Origin: Fluviispira sanaruensis
GTDB lineage: Bacteria > Bdellovibrionota_B > Oligoflexia > Silvanigrellales > Silvanigrellaceae
Direction of reading: 5' to 3'
Assembly: GCF_004295685.1 (NCBI RefSeq)
Contig: NZ_AP019368.1
Coordinates: 1,056,364 to 1,120,363 of the forward strand
DNA length: 64,000 nt
Both the position numbers and the translations under genes were made by a program. Every line of letters begins with the position of its first letter. The first letter of the stretch is position 1. The notes beneath the pieces were generated by a model, which saw only the letters and a list, made by a program, of their open reading frames with translations, did not search any database and was not told where the DNA came from. This document shows positions 1-10,056 of this stretch, piece by piece.

Positions 1-1
1 T

Positions 2-955
2 CTAGGTCTCAGAACAACCGGTGCAAAAATCAATGGACGGATTGCTACGTTACGGACACGTCTCCACAGTGGTGATGTCATTGAACTTCTTGTTGGCAAT
101 AAAATTAGAGCCACGAAGGATTGGTTAAATTTTACGACAACCACGAAAGCTCGGAATAAAATTCGTGCTTGGTTACGCAGTGAAGAACGAACGCATGCTA
201 AGCAACTTGGTCAGGAAATGCTTGAAGAAGAACTGACAAAAATAGGATCAAGTTTTGAAAAAGTTCAGAAAATGGGTGTTTTCCAAGAAATCAACAAATT
301 TTTTAGCGTGGGTGGCTTTGAGGATCTTATCCTACAAATTGGGTACGGAAAACTTGATGCAAAGGCTGTTGTACAAAAGCTATCGCTTGCATTGCCAATT
401 CAAAAAAATGAAGTTTTATCTGAACCGAGTAAAACGATTCAACAAGAGTTGATCGAAGTTCAAACTGCTCAAGAAATTTTAAAGAACAAGCAAAGTAAAA
501 AGAAAATTGACAGTGAAGATGCCGTTCGCGTTCAAGGAATGACTGGTATCATTGTGAGAATGGCGCGTTGTTGTGAGCCGCTTCCAGGACAGCCAATAGT
601 TGGATTTGTTTCAAGAAGTCGGGGTGTTACTGTGCATGCGGCCAATTGTTCTTGGGCGCTTTCAAATGACCCAGCAAGGCGAGTAGATTGTACTTGGAAC
701 GTTGTTACGGCCGGAGCACACAATGTGCGCGTGCGTATTACGGCCCATGATAAACCAGGAATATTAGCGGCTATAACCAAAGTCGTCTCCTCGTCGCAGA
801 TCAATATTGGAGGAATGGAGTGTTTTACAAATCCGCAAAAAAGAGCTGTCATTTTATTAAAACTTGAATTAGCTGATATTCATCAGCTAAAGGATATACA
901 TCAGAAAATAGAAGCCGTAGACGGAATTATCCATGTGGAAAGAACTATGGGATGA
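2..955 (+). CDS. Rel/SpoT-family (p)ppGpp synthetase/hydrolase, C-terminal part (TGS and ACT regions). The gene starts upstream of the window, so it is 5'-partial here.
   Basis: The reading frame is open from position 2 and continuous with the listed ORF 218..955. The translation GAKINGRIATLRTRLHSGDVIELLVGNKIRATKDWLNF is TGS-like, and GIIVRMARCCEPLPGQPIVGFVSRSRGVTVHAANC matches the conserved Rel/SpoT C-terminal motif. The ACT-like tail is RVRITAHDKPGILAAITKVV. The stop overlaps the next start in ATGA. Confidence 0.85.
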   Translation, partial: LGLRTTGAKINGRIATLRTRLHSGDVIELLVGNKIRATKDWLNFTTTTKARNKIRAWLRSEERTHAKQLGQEMLEEELTKIGSSFEKVQKMGVFQEINKFFSVGGFEDLILQIGYGKLDAKAVVQKLSLALPIQKNEVLSEPSKTIQQELIEVQTAQEILKNKQSKKKIDSEDAVRVQGMTGIIVRMARCCEPLPGQPIVGFVSRSRGVTVHAANCSWALSNDPARRVDCTWNVVTAGAHNVRVRITAHDKPGILAAITKVVSSSQINIGGMECFTNPQKRAVILLKLELADIHQLKDIHQKIEAVDGIIHVERTMG

Positions 956-2139
956 CAAAAAAGAACTATGAATCCGTTATTGTGTTAATGGCAGCAGAAG
1001 CATTAGAACGATTTGCATATTTTTTTATTTCATTTATTTTTATCATTTACATGATGACCCCACTTGCCAGTGGGGGGCTTGGTTTTACTCAAGAACTTTC
1101 ATACAAGGTAGCTGGTATTTTCTCTCTATCACTTCTCTTTTTACCACTTTTATTTGCTCCATTTATCGATAGAAAAATAGGAATGGAAAAAGCAACTTAT
1201 TTTGGCGCCATTGTATTATTTTTAGGATATTTTTTTGCATTTATTGCATTTTATTTAAATGCGAATTTTATTTATTTATCATTTTTTTTATGCGCAATTG
1301 GCACTTCTGTAGTTAAACCAACTATGAGTGCGCTTGTCTCTAAGATGTTGCCTGAGAATAATTTTATTTTAGATATATTATATATTATATTTATAATTAT
1401 TGTAAATATATCTTCTATAACATCGGCATATTTTGCTTCAATTTTAATATCAAAATATGCAATGCCTCTTTACTTTAACTTTTTAGTTTCTGCTATTTTA
1501 ATTATACTTTACTTTATTTTGATCAGAATATTGCATAAAAATATGCAAAAAGAACAGACTGAAATTGAACCTTCTTTCATTGGAAATAAAAAAATCATAT
1601 TTTTGGGTTGTTTTCTCCTTTGCTTTTTAATTGGTATAGCTGTGAGTTTATCTGCAAAGATATTTCCAGCCCCACTTTCCAAGGTATATTGGGGGGGGGC
1701 CACATTAGGCTTAGTTTTTTTAACCTATTTTCTATATAAGATAAGAATAGAAAAAAATAAATATTTTTATAATTACTTTATTCCTCTAACCATTCTTTTC
1801 TTTTGTGCAATAAATGTCTTCTTTAAAGAGATTGGGACAATATCTCCTATTATACCCGGAATGTATTCTTCTTTTGATCTCTTTTTTAATTTTGTTGCAT
1901 TTCCTATGGCTCTTGCTTTTGTGGCTAAATCTTCTAATGTGAAATATTTGGTTACAGCTCAGGCAGCTCTTCTTTTTCTCTTTGCTTATGGCTCTATATT
2001 AATGAAAAATTATTTAAAGCACCCAATATTTGTTGGTGATTTTAAGTTATTTTTTCTTGCTATATTAATTTTTATTATCACACTAATTTTATTTCGAATC
2101 TGTAAAAAATATGTAATAGAATTAAAAGAAAAAAATTAA
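952..2139 (+). CDS. Polytopic membrane protein, probably a POT/PTR2-family peptide transporter, shorter than usual
   Basis: The N-terminal ALERFAYFFISFIF resembles the POT motif ExxERFxYYG. The protein is very hydrophobic with more than 10 predicted TM segments, and the sequence is strongly AT-rich and low-complexity. The start ATG overlaps the rel stop. Confidence 0.45.
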   Translation: MTKKNYESVIVLMAAEALERFAYFFISFIFIIYMMTPLASGGLGFTQELSYKVAGIFSLSLLFLPLLFAPFIDRKIGMEKATYFGAIVLFLGYFFAFIAFYLNANFIYLSFFLCAIGTSVVKPTMSALVSKMLPENNFILDILYIIFIIIVNISSITSAYFASILISKYAMPLYFNFLVSAILIILYFILIRILHKNMQKEQTEIEPSFIGNKKIIFLGCFLLCFLIGIAVSLSAKIFPAPLSKVYWGGATLGLVFLTYFLYKIRIEKNKYFYNYFIPLTILFFCAINVFFKEIGTISPIIPGMYSSFDLFFNFVAFPMALAFVAKSSNVKYLVTAQAALLFLFAYGSILMKNYLKHPIFVGDFKLFFLAILIFIITLILFRICKKYVIELKEKN

Positions 2140-2337
2140 AATTATCTCCCAGTTTATCTAATATATTTTAAAAAATAAAAATCGGAACGTAACACTTCAG
2201 TCTATTATGAGTGTTAAATAATTGACGGCATGCACATTTTTATGACGACACACACATATCCATTCCATTAAAATATCTATGAATAATATTTTATCTTCAG
2301 AACTATGCCTATAAAAATTTTATACTAGGAGATTCCA

Positions 2338-3384
2338 ATGGTTTATGGGTTGAAAAACAAAAAACGGAATTTTATTTTAACTTGTATTGTTTTAATTTCA
2401 GCATCTTTAAGTTTACCTGTATTTAGTAAAAGTCAATTTTCAGCTAAAGAAGTCATTAATAAAGTCTATCAGGAAGTTAAAAATTCTGAAAAGAAATTAA
2501 GTGAACAAGAAAAAGGAAAAGTAGCTGATTATATTCCTGAATTGGCTGCTGCTAATCCAGAATATTTTGCAATTTCGATTGCTAATATTAATGGTGGCAT
2601 TGAGAGTATTGGTGATTTTAATGTGCCTTTTTCCATCCAATCTATTTCAAAACCTTTTATCTATGGTTTAGCTCTTAAAGATCACCAAAATAATTCAAAG
2701 TTTTCTGTAGATGATCGTGTGGGTTTAAATGCCACTGGTCATGCTTTTAACTCAATAGTTTCAATCACTGAAAAAGAAGATCACAAACAAAATCCCATGG
2801 TGAACGCAGGTGCAATTCAAGTCACAAGTTATTTAAAAGAGGGCGCAGAACGTGACAAATGGAAGCATGCTTTAAATTATATGAATAGTTTATCAGATGG
2901 TAAAGCTTTTTTAGGTGAAAAAGTTTATCGCTCAGAATCTGCAACCAATCAAAATAATCAAAAAATTGCTAATATGTTATTCGACTTTAAAATGATAGAT
3001 GAAAACCCAATGGATGCACTCGATCGCTACACTAAAGCTTGTTCTATTATGGTGACCACAAAACAATTGGCTTTGATGGGTGCAACGCTCGCAAATGGTG
3101 GATTGAATCCAGTGAGCAAAAAACGCATTTTAAGCAATTCACAAGTGATAAATATTCTTTCACAAATGGTAGTGAGCGGTTTGTACGAAAACAGTGGCGC
3201 ATGGTGGACAGAAGTGGGCTTGCCGACAAAAAGCGGTGTTGCAGGTGGTCTTTTAGCTGTGTACCCTCATAAATATGCGATTGCTGTTTTTTCTCCACGT
3301 CTTGATAAAGCGGGTAACAGTGTGCGTGGCCAAGCCGTAATAAAGAAAATTTCACAAATGTACAATCTGCATCTGTTACATTAA
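2338..3384 (+). CDS. glsA: Glutaminase A with an N-terminal signal peptide
   Basis: Glutaminase motifs are present: SIQSISKPFIYGLAL, NPMVNAGAIQVTS and YIPELA. An AGGAG RBS lies 6 nt upstream of the ATG, and the stop is TAA. Confidence 0.85.
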   Translation: MVYGLKNKKRNFILTCIVLISASLSLPVFSKSQFSAKEVINKVYQEVKNSEKKLSEQEKGKVADYIPELAAANPEYFAISIANINGGIESIGDFNVPFSIQSISKPFIYGLALKDHQNNSKFSVDDRVGLNATGHAFNSIVSITEKEDHKQNPMVNAGAIQVTSYLKEGAERDKWKHALNYMNSLSDGKAFLGEKVYRSESATNQNNQKIANMLFDFKMIDENPMDALDRYTKACSIMVTTKQLALMGATLANGGLNPVSKKRILSNSQVINILSQMVVSGLYENSGAWWTEVGLPTKSGVAGGLLAVYPHKYAIAVFSPRLDKAGNSVRGQAVIKKISQMYNLHLLH

Positions 3385-3387
3385 TTA

Positions 3388-4659
3388 TCAATGCTCGTGC
3401 TTACTTTTTTTACCGAGCTTTGCGGAGTATTCTTCCTCAAACTTTGTAGCACCTTTTATCTGTAATTCTAATAATAATTTTTTCTCAGGAATAAGATCGA
3501 ATTCATTAGAGGCAAGAGCTTCTTGAAAGTATGTGCTGGCTTCTTTAATATCGCCTTTTCTAAAATGAGCTAGCCCTAAATTAAAATTGATATGTCCCTT
3601 GTATTTCTGAAAATATTGAATAGCACTTTTATAAAATGAAATCGCTTGATCGTATTTATGGTGCTTAACTAACGAAACACCTTTGTTATTATAAAAACTA
3701 GCAAGGTGTTTGTTTTCAAAATCTCCCTCAATTTTATTAAAAAACCCTTTTGCTTCCTCATGTCTTCCATTTAATGAATTAACTTTCCCAAGGCCTAATA
3801 AAGCTGTGGTATCATTTGGATTGAGATTTACCGCTTCTTTAAATTTTTCTTCTGCCATAAAATTTTTATTTAATCCGAGAAGTGCTTCGCCAGACATGCA
3901 TTTATGTGAAATATTTTTAGAACTTTTTGCTTCGAGCCGTTCAAAAATCATAAGAGCTTCATCAAATCTCCCTGCGAGACAAAGAGCTTTGCCAAGAGAG
4001 CTCATGGCTTTTAATGTAAGCATGGCGTTACTTTTTGTCTCATCTTTAATATGACTTTGAAAAAAATCGATAGCTTCTCCATATTGGTTTTTGAGCATAT
4101 GAATTTCTCCACCAATATGAAAAAAACGCGGATTAGTATTTATCTCTTCTTTGACAAGAGGATCCTGGAGAATTTCATCGCATAATTTAATATTCTCTGT
4201 ATGAATAGCATGTTCTAGTTTTTTAAGTTTCCGATGAAGCTCGGTTTGTGCCAAATATTTAGTTTTGATTTCAGTCATTTTTAGCATAAATGAATTGCCA
4301 TTTATTATTTTTGGAAAAGTGTAAATAATATCTAATTCTGCCATGAGATATTTATCTTCATCATCAAAATGTTGAGAATATGTTATAAAATCAATATGAT
4401 CATAATTATGATTTTGCCGCACTTGTTGAGCAAAAATATTGCCTTGAACTTCCTTCATTTTCCAATCAAATAATATAAAGTGTATATCATGACATTCTGA
4501 TTCTAAAATTTCAAAAGCAACCCCACAATTTGCTGCAGTTGTGACTGTAAAACTATCACTTGCCTTGATAAATCCAGAAAAAAATGAGCGAGCTTCTCTT
4601 TTTTCATCCACTAAGAGGATTCTAATCGTGTTTTTATTTTCGGGCTGGCTGTTTTCCAT
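3388..4659 (-). CDS. Response-regulator receiver domain protein with C-terminal TPR repeats
   Basis: The N-terminus IRILLVDEKREARSFF...FILFDWKM is REC-like. The C-terminal half carries repeated A/G-x-x-A-x-x-x-F/Y-x-x-A TPR-like units. The listed ORF begins at GTG 4674. I prefer the ATG at 4659 (MENSQPENK), which has GGAG 6 nt upstream. Confidence 0.7.
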   Translation of the reverse strand: MENSQPENKNTIRILLVDEKREARSFFSGFIKASDSFTVTTAANCGVAFEILESECHDIHFILFDWKMKEVQGNIFAQQVRQNHNYDHIDFITYSQHFDDEDKYLMAELDIIYTFPKIINGNSFMLKMTEIKTKYLAQTELHRKLKKLEHAIHTENIKLCDEILQDPLVKEEINTNPRFFHIGGEIHMLKNQYGEAIDFFQSHIKDETKSNAMLTLKAMSSLGKALCLAGRFDEALMIFERLEAKSSKNISHKCMSGEALLGLNKNFMAEEKFKEAVNLNPNDTTALLGLGKVNSLNGRHEEAKGFFNKIEGDFENKHLASFYNNKGVSLVKHHKYDQAISFYKSAIQYFQKYKGHINFNLGLAHFRKGDIKEASTYFQEALASNEFDLIPEKKLLLELQIKGATKFEEEYSAKLGKKSKHEH

Positions 4660-4816
4660 AATTGCTCCAATCACAGTTTGTTTAGATTATAACAAATTAT
4701 GTGACGAAATTAAGAAAAGCCGAATCTCTAAAACATGACGGCAGAATATTTAAATAATTTATTAAGGAATTTTTAATTCCCATTTAATCTTTTTTATAAT
4801 GATAAATGGGAATTTT

Positions 4817-6223
4817 TTAATGATGAGAGTTCAAATCGGGCTTTAAATGAGGATCCGCTTGCGGCATAACCCCTTTCACTTCAGCCATATTAACCATTGG
4901 AAGGTAACGGACGAAAAGGCAGAATAAATGAAAGAAAAGGGCAATAGAACCAATAAATAATGAGATATCCCAAAACGATGGAATAAAATAACCCCAAGAG
5001 GAAGGTAAAAATGTTCTGCTGAGAGTTGTCACAATTAGGACAAAGCGTTCAAGCCACATTCCTATATTTATTAGAATAGCTGCAACAAAAAGCCAAATGA
5101 CATTGTTTCTCCACTTCTTAACCCAGAATGTTTGTGGAATAGCAATATTCAAAATAACCATTGCCCAATAAGCCCAGCCATAAGGACCATTGATACGATT
5201 CCAGTTCCAAAACTTTTCATATGGGTTACCACTGTAAAAAATTGTGAAAAATTCAATCACATATACATAAGCCATAATAATACTGGTGAAGAGAATGAAT
5301 TTTGCACAGATTTCGATATGTCTATCTGTCACAAGATCTTTGAAGTTGAAAATTGAGCGAACCATGATTAATAGATTTAAGCAGAGACAAAAACCTGAGA
5401 AAATTGCACCTGCAATGAAGTAAGGTGGGAAGATTGTTGCATGCCAGCCTGGTAGGATAGAAGTTGCAAAGTCGAGGGATACGATTCCCGCAGTTGAGAA
5501 AACTGCAGGAGTTGCTATACCTGCAAGCAATATGCAAGCTCTTTCATAGTTTACCCATTGACGTGCAGATCCGCGCCAACCAAGGGCAAAGAAGCCATAA
5601 GCAAGTTTACCGATTTTGGATTTTGCTTGGTCACGGAGTGTTCCAAGGTCAGGAATCATACCAACATACCAGAAAATCACACCAATGCTTAAGTATGTAT
5701 TAACAGCAAAAACGTCCCATTCAAGCGGGCTTTTAAAGTTCGTCCACATTTCCATTTGGTTAGGAAATGGGAAAAGCCAATAGGCAAACCAGGGACGTCC
5801 AATATGCACTGCTGGGAAAATAGCTGCTGCCATGACGGCAAAAATTGTCATCCCTTCGGCAATTCTGTTAATAGAAGTGCGCCACTTTTGTCTAAACAAA
5901 AGAAGAATTGCTGCAATCAGTGTTCCAGCGTGAGCAATTTCAATCCAAAAAACAAAGTTTGTAATATCCCATGCCCAATCAACTCGGTTATTGTTTCCCC
6001 AAACACCGATCCCTTCCCAAAAAAGATACGCGAGTGAGACAAGAAGAAGTCCAACTCCAAGTCCAGAGAGTCCAAATACTATGTACCAACCTGGCCCAGC
6101 TTTGCGCCCTGCGAGGGTGGCAACAGATTGTGTTACCGTATGAAAAGAAGCATCTTTTCCTGTAACAAGAAGAGGGCGTCTGTCGACTGGATCGCGCCCT
6201 TTGAGTTCAACCGAATGTTCCAT
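4817..6223 (-). CDS. NrfD/PsrC-family polytopic membrane protein, like alternative complex III ActC or a quinol-interacting subunit
   Basis: The 468-aa product has about 10 TM helices, aromatic and Trp-rich loops and the NrfD-like stretch GRPWFAYWLFPFPNQMEMWTNFKSPLEWDVFAVNTYL. It is GC-richer than its flanks. It has an ATG start with an AGGTG RBS. Confidence 0.7.
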   Translation of the reverse strand: MEHSVELKGRDPVDRRPLLVTGKDASFHTVTQSVATLAGRKAGPGWYIVFGLSGLGVGLLLVSLAYLFWEGIGVWGNNNRVDWAWDITNFVFWIEIAHAGTLIAAILLLFRQKWRTSINRIAEGMTIFAVMAAAIFPAVHIGRPWFAYWLFPFPNQMEMWTNFKSPLEWDVFAVNTYLSIGVIFWYVGMIPDLGTLRDQAKSKIGKLAYGFFALGWRGSARQWVNYERACILLAGIATPAVFSTAGIVSLDFATSILPGWHATIFPPYFIAGAIFSGFCLCLNLLIMVRSIFNFKDLVTDRHIEICAKFILFTSIIMAYVYVIEFFTIFYSGNPYEKFWNWNRINGPYGWAYWAMVILNIAIPQTFWVKKWRNNVIWLFVAAILINIGMWLERFVLIVTTLSRTFLPSSWGYFIPSFWDISLFIGSIALFFHLFCLFVRYLPMVNMAEVKGVMPQADPHLKPDLNSHH

Positions 6224-6415
6224 GGTTCACCTGTGATGGATAATAGGTCATAAAGTAAAAAACCAAATGTGGTTTAACGAATTTGTACTTCGTGATCAAG
6301 TATACGGTAAAAATTATCAAAAAAACACTTCACATTGTTTCTTCTACAAATTATTGTCGCGCATGCATCGAAAAGGAATTGCGTATGCATAATCAACATA
6401 AATTTAAAGGAATGT

Positions 6416-7396
6416 ATGCAACGTATTGACGCTTCAAAACTTATATCATTGCTATTCGCAAGTGAAAAGTCGGCAGAGATCAAATTTGTACTTGCTGAGA
6501 ATCCAATTTTTAAAAGAATTATTGAAAATAAAATGAACTGTGAAATTGGCGCATGTCCTCAAAGATTTGTTGGCAAAAATGCAATTTCGGAATTTTATGA
6601 ATATATAGCAACAGGGAGCTTATTTTCTGCTCCACAAAAATGCATAGTGGAAATGCCTGAAAAATTGACAACAAAACAGTGGGATGAAGAAAAAAAATTA
6701 TTAAATAGAATTCCTACTCCACTCGAGACTTCAGCTTATATTTTTGCATCTACTTCATATAGAAATATTATTAAAGAAACCGATTTGAAGAAATTAGGTT
6801 CTGTTTATTTGTGTTATGAGCCAAACGAAATGGATTTATATCGTTGTGTTGAGCTTCTTTTGTTACGTTATAAAGTTCTTGCCAAGAAAAGTAAAAGTGA
6901 AATTACTGAAATTTGTTGCCACGCCCTTGAATGTTATTCGGGAGATCTTATCTCTTGTGATATGCATTTTTCTCGCATGGAAAATGCTAATTTAAGTTTT
7001 GCAGCCGCTTTGGCCGGAAGTCCTGAAATCAATGGATTTCATGTGGCTGATGCTCTATCGCGTGGTGACAAACATCTAATCGAATTGCGTCTCTCACAGT
7101 GTGAAGCTTGTGGTGAGGATGCTGCGAGTGTTTTTATGGCGCTTGTTTATTTTGTAAAACAAGTTTCGTTTATGCACGCAGCACTGGATGAATTTAGAGA
7201 CATGCGCACAGCATTTGAAAGTGTGAGAATACCTTATCCTTCGCAAGCAAGGGTGCAAAGGGCATTACAGGTTTTAACAAAAGAAAAAACGGGACATTTT
7301 TTTATAGCTGCACCTAAAATTGAGAAGCAGCTTAGGACACAAAAAAATGCACACAAATGGTTGGCTTCTGAACTTATTTCTTTTATTTTAAATTAA
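6416..7396 (+). CDS. holA: Putative DNA polymerase III delta subunit (HolA-like). The start is uncertain, with an alternative at 6335.
   Basis: At about 330 aa it is the right length. The N-terminal IKFVLAENPIF resembles the HolA vYLLyGeE motif. The C-terminal helical region (ADALSRGDKHLIELRLSQ...GEDAASVFMALVYFVKQ) resembles HolA domain III. The 6335 start would overlap a spurious minus-strand ORF. Confidence 0.4.
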   Translation: MQRIDASKLISLLFASEKSAEIKFVLAENPIFKRIIENKMNCEIGACPQRFVGKNAISEFYEYIATGSLFSAPQKCIVEMPEKLTTKQWDEEKKLLNRIPTPLETSAYIFASTSYRNIIKETDLKKLGSVYLCYEPNEMDLYRCVELLLLRYKVLAKKSKSEITEICCHALECYSGDLISCDMHFSRMENANLSFAAALAGSPEINGFHVADALSRGDKHLIELRLSQCEACGEDAASVFMALVYFVKQVSFMHAALDEFRDMRTAFESVRIPYPSQARVQRALQVLTKEKTGHFFIAAPKIEKQLRTQKNAHKWLASELISFILN

Positions 7397-8996
7397 ATTC
7401 ATTTATATTTTTAATAACATTTTCCTTATTTAATGAGTTTTTGCAAGCTATATAGAATATTAATATGCTGAAGAATACTGCGCACATATTTCCTTCAAAG
7501 GTGGAAAGCTTTTGAATTCCACTGCCAAATGCTGAAAAGTAATTTATAATTGTAAATCCAATTAAATAAGCAATTAACCAAAGGGAACATTTAAAATTAT
7601 ATTTGGCGAAAACCACTTTACCTTCTCTGTATTTTATAATGGCAAAAATGATCGTAAATAAAGTAATAATAATTGATAATTTAAGCAGAACAATAAATCC
7701 AATCCAGTGCATCATAAGGCCACAAATACAGAATGCGATCAGTGACATAATATGATAAAAGGGCAATTTAAATGGTCTTTTGGCTTCTGGATATTTATCT
7801 CTTAAAACCATAAGTGCTATAGGCGTTACAGATAAAGTCAACACAAAAGATGAGGTTAAAAATGTAACCATTTCCTTCCATCCTGGAAAAGGGAAAATAA
7901 GTATAAGTCCAACAAAGAAACAAACCCAAAGAGACGTTTCTGGAGAGCCATGTTTATTTAAGCGAGTCATAGCTTTTGGAGCTGCACCTATGGTTCCAAG
8001 AGTACGCAAAACACGGGAAGTTGTTGAAGTCATCATAAGGCCTGAGCCAAAGGGAGAAACAACGGCATCGAGGTATAGGAGACTGCATAAGAAAGTAAAA
8101 CCAGCTGCTAAGGCCAGACCTGCAAAAGGTCCCATATCGCCTGAAAAGCTTAATTTACTCCAACCTTCACTTAAACTTTCTGCTGGTATGGCTATAATAA
8201 ATGCAAATTGAATAAGGCAATACAATAAAGTAACAATTAAAATAGAAGACAAAGCAGCGAGCGGAATATTTCTTTGCGGGTTTTTTGTTTCACCCGCTAA
8301 AATTATGCCTGATTGAAAACCACCAAATGCAAAGATGATGCCCCCAACCGATAAGCTTGCCATTATTCCTTGTAAACCATTCGGCGCAAATCCATGAAAA
8401 TGATTGATATTTGAAAAATCACTTGATGGGCTGAATATAAAAGCTACCGCAATTGCTAAAGGAACAAATAATTTCCAAATAGTTGCAAGAGTATTCGTGC
8501 GCGTAAGAAATTTTACGCTATAACGATTGATAAAAATAATAATAAATAAAATTAAGGCAGAAGTAATATATCCTATCACTGATAGTTCTGGTTTACCAGT
8601 TGTCCGCATCACAAGTTCTGGAAAATAATTGCTTGCATATTGCACGACTGCCAAAGATTCTATTGGTGATATGGTTACAAAACAGAGAAAATAAATCCAC
8701 CCAGTTAAAACACCAGAAAATTTTCCATGGGTAAAAAAGGGATAACTCGTTAATCCACCCATAATAGGAAACATGGACGCAAGTTCTGCAAATGTAAGAA
8801 CAATAAAAACGAAACAAAATCCACCCAAAAGCCATGATGTGATTGAAGCGGGACCTGCCATTTGTGCAGCGTAAAGAGGGCCAAACAGCCACCCAGAACC
8901 GACCATGCTCCCAACAGAAGCTAAAGTCACTCCGATTAAACCGACATTTCGTTTAGGCAACACGCTTGGGCTCCTTTTTAAACAGAAAAACAACAT
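7383..8996 (-). CDS. APC-superfamily amino acid permease
   Basis: The 537-aa product has 12-14 TM segments. The N-terminal GLIGVTLASVGSMVGSGWLFGPLYAAQMAGPASI is typical of amino-acid/polyamine/organocation transporters. The start is ATG. Confidence 0.75.
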   Translation of the reverse strand: MLFFCLKRSPSVLPKRNVGLIGVTLASVGSMVGSGWLFGPLYAAQMAGPASITSWLLGGFCFVFIVLTFAELASMFPIMGGLTSYPFFTHGKFSGVLTGWIYFLCFVTISPIESLAVVQYASNYFPELVMRTTGKPELSVIGYITSALILFIIIFINRYSVKFLTRTNTLATIWKLFVPLAIAVAFIFSPSSDFSNINHFHGFAPNGLQGIMASLSVGGIIFAFGGFQSGIILAGETKNPQRNIPLAALSSILIVTLLYCLIQFAFIIAIPAESLSEGWSKLSFSGDMGPFAGLALAAGFTFLCSLLYLDAVVSPFGSGLMMTSTTSRVLRTLGTIGAAPKAMTRLNKHGSPETSLWVCFFVGLILIFPFPGWKEMVTFLTSSFVLTLSVTPIALMVLRDKYPEAKRPFKLPFYHIMSLIAFCICGLMMHWIGFIVLLKLSIIITLFTIIFAIIKYREGKVVFAKYNFKCSLWLIAYLIGFTIINYFSAFGSGIQKLSTFEGNMCAVFFSILIFYIACKNSLNKENVIKNINEFNLK

Positions 8997-9113
8997 AAAG
9001 AGATTAAAAAAATTACATTCTTTAAAAAAAATTTAATCCTCTCGTAAAAAACTTTAAGAGAGGATTGTACTAATACACTAGTATGAACTTTGAATCAAGG
9101 AGATTGCACAATT

Positions 9114-9962
9114 TCAAGATTTAAATAAATTCTTAAGAACGAAAAAGACATTTTCTTTCCTCTCAGCAAGTCGGCGCGCATAGTATGCTTGCCACTGATC
9201 ACCATAGGGGACATAAATTGTCATGTTATGACCTTTCTCGCGAATACGGGACCAAGTTTTTTCTCGCATTCCGTACAACATTTGGAACTCATACCTATCT
9301 TTTGGAATATTATTTTTCTCAATAAATTCTATGCAAAAATCAATAATATCGTCATCATGTGAGGCAATGCATATTCTTTGCCCTTCAAGTAGGAGTTTTT
9401 GAATGAGTTTTTTATAATTTTCAACAATTTGTGACATTTTTTTTATGGCTTTTTCTGGAGGCTCCTTATATGCACCTTTACAAAGTCGAACCCTTCCATT
9501 TGCAGCCAAAATTCGCTTAACATCATCTTCTGTTCTGACTAAATAAGCTTGTAAAACAATTTCAATATTTTTAAACTCTTTTGCAGCTCTTTCGTAAATG
9601 ACAATCGTCCGTTCCGTATAATCACTTCCTTCCATATCGAGAGCGACACGAATATTATAGTGATCTGCAATGCGCATAATTTGAGAGAGATTATTGTAAC
9701 AAAAATCAAAATCAATATCGAGACCCAGCATTGTGAGTTTTATTGAAACGTAACAGTCTAATTTTTTTTCAGAAATTTTTTTAAGTAGAATATCATATTC
9801 GTCAACAAATTTTATGGCTTGTTGTTTTTCGCTGATATTTTCACCAAGAAGATCAAGGGTAACACATATTTTTTTATCATTAAGTCGCTCTACAACAGCA
9901 AAAGCTTCTTCGATATTTATTCCGGAAACAAATTTTTTTGCATAGAATGGAATAGAGCTCAT
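9114..9962 (-). CDS. Proline dehydrogenase (monofunctional PRODH)
   Basis: PRODH hallmarks are present: GRVRLCKGAYKEP, VPYGDQWQAYYARRLAERKENVFFVLKNL and ALDMEGSDYTERT. Length is 282 aa, with an ATG start and an AGGA RBS. Confidence 0.75.
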   Translation of the reverse strand: MSSIPFYAKKFVSGINIEEAFAVVERLNDKKICVTLDLLGENISEKQQAIKFVDEYDILLKKISEKKLDCYVSIKLTMLGLDIDFDFCYNNLSQIMRIADHYNIRVALDMEGSDYTERTIVIYERAAKEFKNIEIVLQAYLVRTEDDVKRILAANGRVRLCKGAYKEPPEKAIKKMSQIVENYKKLIQKLLLEGQRICIASHDDDIIDFCIEFIEKNNIPKDRYEFQMLYGMREKTWSRIREKGHNMTIYVPYGDQWQAYYARRLAERKENVFFVLKNLFKS

Positions 9963-10056
9963 GGGGCAGTCCTCATTTCGTAAAAAAGCATTTGTAAAAA
10001 CATCGGTCGCTGTCTTTTTTACAATAATTTCTTAGAATGACAACTGAGAGGAGGAA

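Noticed and set aside
255-852. ORFs 255..452 (+) and 532..852 (-) inside the rel/spoT coding region
   Set aside because: They lie out of frame with or antisense to a strongly supported conserved gene. They have no RBS or domain signal.
3405-3417. 13-nt match (tttttttaccgag) to dispersed repeat A inside the REC-TPR gene 3' end
   Set aside because: It is too short, and it encodes the protein C-terminus (GKKSKHEH), so it is probably coincidental.
6274-6483. 69-aa minus-strand ORF at the 5' end of the holA-like gene
   Set aside because: It overlaps the alternative upstream start of the plus-strand gene, has no features, and is likely spurious.
7780-8211. 143-aa ORF antisense to the APC permease gene
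   Set aside because: It lies entirely within a well-supported membrane transporter gene on the opposite strand. The Lys/Arg-rich translation is typical of an antisense artefact.
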